The notes below the pieces were generated by a model. That model had not been told where the DNA came from, ran no database searches, and was given only the letters and a program-made list of their open reading frames with translations. Below, piece after piece: positions 37,781 to 48,572 of a DNA stretch of 64,000 bases; the stretch's first letter is position 1, and the number at the start of each line of letters is the position of its first letter. The DNA lies in NCBI GenBank assembly GCA_010093605.1, contig MU004197.1, positions 248,001-312,000 on the forward strand, read 5' to 3'. Source of the stretch: Lophium mytilinum (taxonomy: Eukaryota). A program made the position numbers and the translations under genes.

Positions 37781-40127
37781 TTGAGATTCTTTTCCTACCG
37801 TGGGCATTAGGGACAATGAAGATAAGGGCGTTGGAGCTGCAATACTGGTGCTGCTAGCTGAAGATACGTGTCCTTTTCTTCATAATCTTTGGTGATGATT
37901 AGCACCGATTGATCATGTTCTGCAACGAATATGTAGATAAGTAATAGCAGCAGAGTTTACCAATTAATAATGACCGCCTCCATCTATCTTGGGCCATGGT
38001 CTTGTCTTTACCTCACCACGCGATATCAAAAGTATCCCATAAGATAATTCAGTGTTGCCCTACTCTAGGATCGCGTCGAACTCTGAACCTCCCCACCGCG
38101 GCCCATCCCCACCGCGCTTTTCGCAATTACAGCACGATCAGCACAACAAAGACAGGCTTCACCATACAAACGCGTAAGGAAACGCGCTTGACGCGTTACA
38201 TAGTAAGCCAAGCTACTCCTTACTAGACGATAGCCATAATTTCCGTCGCCGTGAAACTGTTCGCCCAGGCTGACATGCTGCCGCAGCCGTACCTTTCCAG
38301 AACCCGCACAAGCGTGCGAACAACCTTCGCGAGCCTCAAGCTAGTAGTACTCGCTTCTGCCATCCAATCCTAGCCTACCAAATCCTGACTCCCCAACGCC
38401 GTGCCGCGCCGCCATAACACCAGGTCACTTCTATACTTGGGGAAGGAGGATTAGGGAGGGGGAGGAGGTATGCTAGTTCAAGGAGGAGTGCTCTATGGCG
38501 CAGGGCTAGGCCTTTTCCACCGTCATGCTTAAGAGGCAGGCTTAGGGACTCCATGGCGAGATTTCCAAACACCGCACCGAAGAATGTGGCATCTTCTTTT
38601 GCGGCTTTGAGCTCCAATCTCAGAGTCTAGCGATATAACACACGTGGTTCAAGCGTGCCGAGGGCGAGGGCGAAGCCCTGCGCGCCGTTGCTAGGCGTTG
38701 TCGAAATAAGGCGTGTTTGAAGTCCTCGATTGCGAATAAATACTAGGACGCAAGGAGTGGTTGAACTTCTGACTCCACTGGCTTCGGTAGCATGCACTGG
38801 GAAAAGAAACATCAGATACATCTTTAGGGTAGGCATACCCCCCGTTCTGTGCGCTTCTCTAAGTCGACGACCTATAGCAACACCATATTGCTGGCGTGCA
38901 TGAAAATATTGTCCTGCCTTGAACTGATGTGCAATAAGAGAAAGGCGTGTGGCGCACTTGGGGGCAGACAGGGTACTTCAATAACAAATTGGGAGCGAGC
39001 GGAAACTTTCAAGTCATTCGTATTGTGCTGAAGAAGAATCGGAGGTCTCATGTACGGAAAATCGGTCCTGAGGGATAGGGCAGGGAGATAGGAGAGTATA
39101 GGAGAGTGTGACGACGGCGGCGAAGAGAGGACATAGGTAGAATCGCTGGTCATCGTAAAGTTTAGTATTCTTTATCTGACTCTTATTCATCTGCCCTATC
39201 TTCTTCAGCCCTGAAGCTCACAGCCGGTCTTCAGCGTCGTCTCCGCCAGCAGCAACACAACTCCCAGCGCGATAGCGCCTCTACGAAATGAACGCTGCCT
39301 CAAAATTCACCCCAGTAGGCGCGGCAGGGAGAGCAGATTATGAGAGGCATACGGCGCGCCCCCTCCAACGAAAAGCTCCACGGACGGCTCGATGAGGAAG
39401 TGGTTGATATATCCAGATCTTCGGGTTGTAGAGATGGAGGTGGCCGACGACGACGCGGAGCGCTCGAAACGTAGATTGTAAGGTTACTAGAGAGGGTGAC
39501 ATCTAGGAAGCCACCGTTAGCTAATGTCATGAAGGGCCTCTTTTTTATCTTCCTACTCTTACTCGCGCCCCTTCATCGGTTTTTGGAACCCGCCTTGGGA
39601 TTGTTGTCCAGCCAGCGTACCCAACAGCCCAAAACCTCAACATCATGATATTGTTGTGGGCCAGCGCGCGAAGCGTCTGCGGCAGCAGGCTCGTCGGTCA
39701 TCGTCGTCGAGAGAAGGCGTCGAGAAACGCGGCACGGTGAATATGCCAGCAAGGGATTGAAAGCCGGCTCCGCTAGAGCAGATTTGTAGAAAAGGTGTCG
39801 AAGATCGATTCGCTAGGCTCGTATGGGAGGTAGGTTGCCGTATAGGGCATGGCTTCGACGTGGAGGTGGCCGTGGATGGAGATCTAGACCAAGGAAACCT
39901 GTGGCGGGGCTTGAGGAGGAGATGTTGGAGTGTATATCTATCGCTATACCGTAGAGACGATGGCGGAGCGGCTGTCAACAGCTTAGATAGTCGGGGTTGA
40001 TTGTGCTTGTTATGACTAGCTCTGCTAGAGAGCAGAGATTTTCACGGCAACATCATCAACGAGAACACGCACGCATGAGCGATAGGCCAAGGGCTGGCAG
40101 ATGGTAAACCGAGTTGCTTGCATTCTT

Positions 40128-40660
40128 CTTCAAGGTCCCACACAAGGCGAGAGACTCAATGAAAAATTGTGGTGCAAGCACCTGCCCGGGCCCCTCCATC
40201 GCCCTGGGCTCGTGATGGCCATACCACGCGACCGTGCCACCTCCGAAGAGAAAATAGGGAAGAAGCTACGAGGAAAAGAGCGCACCCGCAGGCACGAGAA
40301 GACCCGGGCCCCTCCACCGCCACTGGGTTCGTGATGGCCATGCCAGGCGACTGCGCCACCTCCGAGGGGAGAAAAGAGAGGAGAAACTACGAAGAAAAAG
40401 AGCGCACCCGAAGGCACGAGAATGTCCGGGCCCCTCCACCGCCACTGGACTCGTGATGGCCATACCACGCGACTGTGCCACCTCCGACGAGAAGAAAAGA
40501 ATCGCACCCGAAGGTGTGAGAGAAGGTTGTAGGAAGGAAGCCTGGAGCTGGGGCGGAGAAGTTTAAATAGTCGGGCAAAAGTATCTAACGCTAGCGCCTT
40601 GGCAACCTTCTCTCGAAGATGCAGTCAACAGTGACGTAGACGCGCCCAAAAACCCACGTG
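40128..40660 (-). ncRNA. Putative structured ncRNA unit U5 (type 3, three tandem ~120-bp modules)
   Basis: TATTTAAA at 40569-40562 with ttgccaaggcgc upstream as in U4 and a leader ctccaggcttc as in U1/U2. Tandem units at ~40185, 40303 and 40425. Degenerate 3' motif cattgagtctctcgc-cttgt-gtgggaccttgaag at 40161-40128. Confidence 0.45.
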
Positions 40661-41219
40661 GATGGTGGATTTCTATGCTGTGGGACCACTTCACTAATAA
40701 GACCTCTTGGCTCCAGGCGTTCCCTGTCTTATTATGCACGTGCATGGGTCTTAAGCTGGAATTGTAAGCAACATGTTCAAATTATAAGCATATTCAGGAG
40801 TTGATCAAGCAACCGCAGAGCACATATGCCCCGACAAACATAATCAGCGCGCCTTGTTCATCTCTTGCAGGTAGAAGTGAGTAGAAAAGTGGCCTGGGCA
40901 CGTTCTCCGTTGATGTTAGGGCAATAATAACTATAATGCTGCCCTGAACGTCGTCAAATCCGAAAGTAGTATCTGAAATACATCAGCCCAGAGCAGAAAT
41001 GAGATGTGCTCACGCCGTGGTGACATCACTGGCACTCCTTCATCGTACAGTCATCTCGTAAAGCGTTGATGTATTAAAGATTAACTCTGCAAAACCCATC
41101 GTATATTGCCAAAGCTACATCAACTGAAGGTATGCCTCGTCAACTCCCGAGCGTTTGACAGAGTCGACCTCAGTCAAATAATACCTCTTTCTGCTAACGT
41201 CTAAGACTTTGAATAGCAC

Positions 41220-42192
41220 ACTCAACAGATCTCCGAGCATTGATCTAGCCTCATTTGCCTGCTAGGTATTGATGCCCCAGGCTTCCACTTGTTTCTCGAT
41301 AGACTTGCAGTTTCTCGTTGCCTCATGGAAGACCCCAGCCTTCGCCGCCTTCGCCGCCCACTTCGCCCATTCAATGCGCTGATCAACTTCGAGGTATCCT
41401 CCTCGACGAAGGTCTTTACGTCCACGGTCTTCGAGATACGAGACGAGTCTTGCAGAAACTCTAGCCATAGCCCGTATCGCCTCTCCCCATTCCTCAGCCT
41501 CCTCCTGCTCAAGATCCACAATCTTCTGAAGGCGCGAGAAAATGTCCTCTGTTGGATGAAAAAGCACGCCCCGCCTAAGATTAAGGGGACCGGAAAATAA
41601 GCGGCGTTATATACTCCAACATCCTCTCGGAGGTGCATTGCCACCGATGGGGCCTGGCGGATCAGGAATGCTGCGCGCGATCGATTGCAGTGTCGGCGAC
41701 AGAGTGTCCACTCAGAGGAAGACTCCTCCTCAGAGAGAGGCTCTCCGTCGGGAGAACGACTGATGGTTCCGCTGAGTTGCTATGGGTGTGTACTCCACTA
41801 GGCCTTGTTGACTTTTCCTCGTCATCACTTCCTTCAGGGATCTGTATCGACTGTGGAGCTTCGGCCATGGAAATATCCCCCGACTCTTCGTGGATGGTGG
41901 GGTGCGTGGTATTCATGTTCAGCTAGGACATGTCTAGCATTTCCATAGACCCATCCTACATCGCATCGATAGGTGGAGTTTGCTAGTTATCTGATGTGTG
42001 GGAGACGGTCGTTCCGGATGAGCTAGTGTGCTCAGTCTCTGATTTTGACTTGGACTCATCCCGGGCTTCCATGTCAGCTAGGCCGTTGTTGCTCAGGCTA
42101 GATGTGTCGTCGTCAACATCGGAGTGGAAAGTAGCATTAGCCGGGGCTGCCGTTGGTGTGGCGTTCTGGCTGGAGCTCCGTGTGATTGGCAT
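41220..42192 (-). pseudogene. Decayed hypothetical gene with multiple in-frame TAG/TAA stops and a frameshift
   Basis: ATG 42192 MPITRSSSQ..SDN*QTPPIDAM*DGSMEMLDMS*LNMNTTHP.. reads in one frame. A second frame gives ..GCWSI*RRLFSGPLNLRRGVLFHPTEDIFSRLQKIVDLEQEEAEEW..GINT*QANEARSMLGDLL. Confidence 0.55.
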
Positions 42193-42701
42193 GATGCGGC
42201 CCTTGAGTATCTGCCGTCTGACAAGACCGTAATGTAACGCAAACTCTGAAACAGGCTTTGGTGGGTAGTGCCTCTTTGTGTGATCTGGTGGTAGTTTGTA
42301 CAGAGAACCGTGAGAAGAGGCCATTAAGTGGCATTTATACTAGCTTCGCTAGATCTTGCCGGCAATCTACAAGCTTCTTTCAGAAGGGATCGACATTACG
42401 GGAAACAACTACGGTTTGCTGGAAAATGTTCACAGGGCAACATACTGAGGAATATGCGGCGAGATGCCTGTTTGGCCAATCATCAAGAAAGACAGAAGCA
42501 TTTTGAGACTGCTAGGGAATCACTGTGATGGATCTAGGCACCGCTTCCGGTACTTTCCGAGGTAGCCGCGCTAGTTTATCAGTCATCTAGAATGATGCAG
42601 TTGGAATCCAGCAGACTTTTTGAAGACACCATAAGCAGCGATGAAAGCGTGTATACAAATCAATTACAATACATTCTAGAACGAAGGAGCTTGGAAGAGA
42701 C

Positions 42702-43286
42702 TCAGGACTCGCCAGGCTTAGATGATCCTTTCTTCTTCCACCACGCAGATCGAAGCCACTTCGGTTTGCTGGATTTGGTCTTTGTGTCCTCCGCAGCCAG
42801 AGTGCTCTGTTCAGGCTCGCCTCCAACCTGTGGGAATGGAGTTGGGGGTCTGACATTCGAAGAACTGACACGCGGAGAATCGATAATTGTGGAAAGCGGC
42901 CTCGGTACTGGTGCGTCTGTGTCCTCTAAACTTGGCGTGCTGCTTCCACTGTGCCGCTTCTTCTTTCCGCCTCTACTTCCTCTCCTATGTTTCTTGCGTC
43001 CCTCGCCGGAATGAGTGCTCGACCCAGTTGACCCACCCACTACTTGTGGAGCTTCCGTCTGGGTGCCTTTGTTGAACCGATTGCTCGCTCCCGTTGTCTC
43101 GCTGACTACCAGTGGAGTCCCCGTCTGCGTCCTCCCTCTAAAGTGAGTGCTCGCTCCGATTGTCTCGCTCAGTGGACCTTCTGTCTGAGTTCCCGCATTT
43201 GCCTTCGTTGGGAGAGGGACGCCGCCGTTGCGGTCCGAATCGCTGGAGGAATCGCCATTCGTATCCTTGTGCTCCATTTGATCCAT
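42702..43286 (-). CDS. Hypothetical disordered protein (194 aa) with three TQT repeats and a basic patch
   Basis: ATG-initiated ORF with internal repeats AGTQTE / GRTQTG / KGTQTE, SET(I/T)GAS and RKKHRRGSRGGKKKRH. Confidence 0.5.
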   Translation of the reverse strand: MDQMEHKDTNGDSSSDSDRNGGVPLPTKANAGTQTEGPLSETIGASTHFRGRTQTGTPLVVSETTGASNRFNKGTQTEAPQVVGGSTGSSTHSGEGRKKHRRGSRGGKKKRHSGSSTPSLEDTDAPVPRPLSTIIDSPRVSSSNVRPPTPFPQVGGEPEQSTLAAEDTKTKSSKPKWLRSAWWKKKGSSKPGES

Positions 43287-44518
43287 TTGCAGTTTGGCAG
43301 CTGCAAGTGACGACCCGAAGAATGTGGAAGTGGTGCAGATATGCGTAGAAAGCGACTATTGGATTAGCTTTGGTAGGCCTCAATCTCAGGGGGGGACGCA
43401 TTACCCTTCTCTCAGATTGAGAGTAGCGCTCAATAGTCGTTGATTGTGGTAGCGATAGTCGAGTGAAGCGTAGTAAGATTTTGTTATGGCGTGTTAACGA
43501 ATACACCGATGATGTTGTTGTGAGGAAGGAGGACGAGCTGCGAGGAGATCATGATAAGGTGGAAGAATACTTGGGGAAGCAGCGCCCGAATCTCGAGCAG
43601 GAGCTGCGCAAGCCCTGCAGCTTCCAAGGCAACGCATTCTCTTCATTCTTCTAGATTTCAGGGCATATGACAGGATTGAATTATTGTTGTTGCGATTTGC
43701 TTGTTGTGCACACGCCACTCATCTGTGATGAAGCAGTGTTGCGAGGTAGTGAGAGGAGAGTGTTGACGATAGACCAGGTTGGCGGCTCTCCATGAGATTA
43801 CGGATTACGAGAAGGTATGTCGGTATGTTGACGGCCCGAAGGTGTAAGTGCTATATGCCAAGAGCTACTTATGTGTACTGCTTTACACCGCCGCCTGAGG
43901 TCGCCCAGCGAGCTTACTAGTAGTCATCCAAAATGCTAAGCCTAGATCAGCCACCATACTTCGATAATCGCTCGAGGCATCACAAACATTGGCAAGACGG
44001 CGTAGATAGCAAATCAAGTAGAAAGCTGGGGAAAAGGTTGGCAAGTAATTCAACGACTGAGAAATCGACGTTCCATCTCAAAATCTCCCGTAAGAGTTCT
44101 CCGACCGAACACTCATTTCAAGATCCCTCAAGAATTCAAGCGATCAATCGAGGGCCTCTTCAGCGACTTGAAATCATTCCTCTGCAATACCGGGCCGATC
44201 CCGACTTCGAGCCGAGAACTCACCGTTGCAGTCGACAAGGTACGCTGTCACATGCGTCTGATATCTCTTCTCTACAGCTTGACAGATGCCAAGCTTCCCT
44301 CTGTCACCGACATCGCAACCTTATTCGCCTACGCCGAGACTAGCCGGATCGGGTGTGCTTAAGCGAGCGACTCGGCTACCTATCAATCAACTCCCGTCTT
44401 TCTTCAACCACTCAACGTTCATCAGCGCGCGTGGTCACAACATCAGGTTTCTCATCGCCTACAACTTCAGATCCTGAGCCCGCAACCCCAGCAACATTCA
44501 TCATGGTATCGTCGGATC

Positions 44519-45661
44519 TTGACTCCCTACGCGTGCTTTATTCACCACCTACTGACGCCACAGCCAACGGACGTCCCCAAAACTCCGCCGCAGAGAGATA
44601 GCCGCGGTAGTATCCAGTCAACGCCTCCGCGCATGAGAGGTGCTATGACGCTTGGGACTGCTGTGCCCGTGACAGATACAGAAGATCGCTCGTCCAGTGG
44701 CCACCAGACGCAGGCTATCGGCAATAGAACGACCTTGACCAGATACATCAACAACCGGACGCTGCCGTTTGATGGTAAGATATCTCCTCTGCGTCATTTT
44801 CCAACCACACACCTGTAGTCAGTCGCTCACAGACTACCTGCAGGCTTTTCACGCAGGTCTAGAATGCGCAATCCCACACTCGTCGTCACCGAAGCTCAGC
44901 CTGACCCGACCATCCTCGCCGACTCCCCCCCGACCCACCTCCGCCACCATTCTGAGACCCTACGCGTCCTCGAATCACGCGACCTGCCCTCTTTTGAGCC
45001 CATTCCCGACACCCGCCCTCCTACATATACCGCCAATGATGAACATTCGACCCTCCACGTCACCACTGGCCGCACCCCGCGCGAAGCCGCTGTCCACAAT
45101 CCCCACGACCTGCCACGCCAGCTACCCAGGCTGGATCAAGAACTCGTTTATCCTACAATCATGCCGATCACGCTCACGCACCTCCGCGTCGCCTCGATCG
45201 CATGCTTCAAACCGCGCATCCCTGCGCACGAAATTGCCGTCCTCAATCGCTATGCGAGGGACCTCTGCCCGTGGGGAGAGTCGCACGCACTGTTGCGCGA
45301 CATCATACTCAAGTTAGACGCTGCGGTCGGACGCCTGCGGCTGGCTCCCGCGGTCGTTCGCGCCGAGCAAATCCTACCTAACGCGATGGCTATTTGGGAA
45401 GCGGGGTTTCAGGAAGAGAAGACTGAGCGCGTGAAGCAGCATCAGGACCCTTGCAAAATTGCTGTGGCGACTGGGTGGTTTGAGTGGATTCAACATGCCG
45501 TAAAAGAAGGCTACATTCATGTAGATCCAGAGCATGCAGGTCAGGCTGGGGGCATGGGGGGTGAGGGAGCGTGCCGATGTGAAGGTTCCCTCTTTAAGGA
45601 GGGCTGGGCATGCTGGGATGTGGAGAGTTCTTGGGGCGGTAATTTCTGGGCGGTTAGGTAG
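44519..45661 (+). CDS. Hypothetical protein; 5' end uncertain
   Basis: The 265-aa ORF 44864-45661 joins in frame to the upstream ORF by intron 44775-44843 (GTAAGA..CTCAC..CAG). The true start codon is not resolved. Confidence 0.55.
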
Positions 45662-45939
45662 TTGAGGTGTCTAATGGAAGGTTAGAGGGCATAGAAATTC
45701 CGGCGGAAATTGAATATCATCTGGCAGATGATGTTTTCTGCTTTTCTTTCTGAACTGATTTTGGGTGATTCTGATGTTGGTGTAATGAGTCCGGGAGTGT
45801 CCTCGTGATTATTTCATGGTGGCAATATCGACCTCAGATGGAGTTGAATTTAACTCCGTGCCTTCTTCAGCTGGAGCTAACACATGTCTTTGTAATACTT
45901 TGATGGTGGTCTCGATTTCAGGCTATCTGCTAACCGCGG

Positions 45940-48340
45940 TTGCCATCAGCCTGACGCTATCTGACGGAGCTCAAGATGCGGATGCCCTTTTACATTGAAT
46001 GTAAAAGCCATTACAAAGTCAATCAGAGCATACCATATTCAGTCATTCTTTGATCACGAAGTTCGGGAATCTGCAATATCAGGCTACATACCTCCCAATT
46101 TTGCCGCCAGAATGGTGCCGTCTGAGGTGGCCTAAGCTATGAACGATTTCAAGACAGGAAGTAAGAGTTGTAAGTCCACAAATCGAGCCGCGAATTAATC
46201 AATCGCTCTTCTGCATCGAAATTGTGGAACAAGCAGTATTAGACCGTATTCCTATTATATTTGCCGTCGGCTTGATGCTGTCTGAGGTGGCCTGAGCTAT
46301 GAATGGGTTTCAAAGTAGGATGTCAAAAGCGACACTTTTCAGATTAAGCCACGAATCAACCGGGTACGTTTCTGCATCGAATTTGGGCAAACTGCGATAT
46401 TTTTCCATATTCCTATCAGAATTCCACCAGCCTGCTACCGTCGGAGGTGGCCCAAGCCGTAAATCTGTTTCAAAATTGGACGTCAAAAGCGTAACTCTTC
46501 GAATCAAGCCGCGGATCATAGAATCTTGCTTAGCTTACAAATTTGGAAAATTGGTTCCCACGGTGCAAGTCAGGACAGACGTCTTGCCGTTAATGCCGCC
46601 CGGCTACCACTGTATGAGGTGGCTCAGGCCATTTCAGAATAATGGGACCTGCACTGCGATTTGGAAGCGGTCTCTTCTCATATCGCCATCCGCTTGACGC
46701 TGTCTGAGGTGGCTATAAGTACGACTGCATCGTAAAGCAGGATGTGAAAACCGAAGCTCTTCAAATCCAAATGCGATTCTTCCGATTACGCTTTGCCTAA
46801 ATATCTTGAAAATCACGCCGTGCAGCGTGTATTAGCAGGAGCATCTATCGTTCATGCCACCCGCTTGTCGTCGTCTGAGGTGGCTCCAGCTACGAATTGG
46901 TTGTGAAGTTGGATGTAAGAAACGTGACTCCTAAAATCAAGCCACCGAATAGTTGCGCATGTGTCGCATACAAATTTCAACGACCACTCCAAACTCTTTC
47001 ATTTAGCAGACTCGTCTATCGAAAATGTCACCGGCTTGAAGTTGTTTGGAGGGGCTCTAGGGGCCGAAGCCTTTCAAGAATGAATGTAATAAGTTCAGCT
47101 TCACGAATTATGTCCGAGTTCACTTAGCCAAGGTTTGTACCCCAAATCTAGACCGTACGCTGTGAGCAGCTAAGTCACAATAACTGTTTGCCAGAATTGC
47201 CACTGGGTCGACAATGCTTGAGAGACCTCCAGGTGGCGAAACTTTTAGAACATCGATGTAACAAAGTCAGCTTTACAAAATAGGTCTCAGTTCACCTAGT
47301 CGAGCTTCATACTCCAAATCTAGACTATATACCGTATTTAATCATTTCAGAAGAGATCTAGATCACCTATGCTACCGGCTTTTCGATGTTTGGGGTTCCC
47401 CTAGGTGTCGAAGCCATTTAAAAGTGAAGGTAAAGACTTCCCCGGCAATAGTCACGCTAGAGATTTTGGAATCAACCTTATGATCCAAATCAGACTACCC
47501 AGCGTAATTAGAAATTTCAGGCAAGGTATACATGGCTTTTGTCATCCGCTTGACGACCTTTGAGAGAGCTCCAGGTACCGAAGCTTTTGAACAATGAATG
47601 TAGAGACTTCCACGGCAGGCATTACGCCCAAGCCGTTAGACCATACCTTACACTATGAATTTGGAGTAAACAATACAAGAATACGTTATAGGCGAGGTGT
47701 TTGTTACTATTGATACCGGCTTGACGGTAAACGAGGTTGCTCCCTCTGCTGATATTTCCAGACACGCATGCAATGATCTCGAGACTAGAAATTAGGGCCC
47801 AAATAGCTTAGCAAAACCTAACATACTCAACTCCAGTAGCGTGATAGTAGGAGGTGTCTCAAGATGCAAGTCTTTCGCTCTTGGTAGCAGCTTGCCAGTG
47901 TATGAGGTTGCTGCATCTGCCGAAAACTTTCTAGAGAGTATGAAATAATCTCGATGCCGGAGATTGGCATCCAGATTACAGAACCATCGATTAGACCCAA
48001 AAGCAGTAGCACTCGCGGTGCAATGGAGTTTACTGTAGGCATAGCGCCCTATTGCTTCCGGTATAGTGCTGTGAGAAGGGGCCGAAGCCATTGAAAACTG
48101 TCAGTTCTAGCTGTCATAAGCTCGCCACCTAGATTAGACCCTAGATTATTGAACCAGCTTTGAGGCTCAAGAAAGCAAATGTACGCCGCACAAGTCAAGT
48201 TCATATAGAGATCCTTTGCTATTGCCTCTGGCTTAATATCGCATGAGAGAGCCTAGGGGGTGAATTATTTCGGAAGCGAATGCGATATTTAAGACTCTGA
48301 TTCACGGTCTCGCAGGTCTTGAAGCTTGCATATAAATTTG
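45940..48340. repeat. Diverged tandem array, 15 units, period 160-161 then 170-172 bp (family C)
   Basis: The motif (t/a)tgcca.c.gcttga..ctgt.tGAGGTGGC recurs with anchors at 45963, 46124, 46284, 46444, 46616, 46706, 46877, 47049, 47220, 47392, 47562, 47733, 47904, 48075 and 48245. Confidence 0.85.
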
Positions 48341-48572
48341 TGGGTATGAGGTAGCTCAAGCAGTGTGGTAGGATGATATTTGGAAGGTTTTGAAGCCCTC
48401 ATTCAAGACTATTTGCAGAAGGAAAAGCCGATCGAGCATGAAACTGGAGAGGTAAGGAACAAGAGAGAGAACCTATCCCAGACACTCTTCACTCACCCCC
48501 CGCATGCCGGCGAGTAATCAAACCGAGAGGCAACACTTCTTCCGCATCTCATTGACGAGGACGGTGTATCTT

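Noticed and set aside
38200..40050. Possible minus-strand genes
   Set aside because: Frames are repeatedly interrupted and no family is recognisable; mentioned only as possibly decayed sequence.
45940..48340. CRISPR array or repeat-protein gene
   Set aside because: Eukaryotic locus with no cas genes, and the heads are far too degenerate for CRISPR. Stops occur within units, the 160/161/170/172 spacings break frame, and no GT..AG pattern is conserved.
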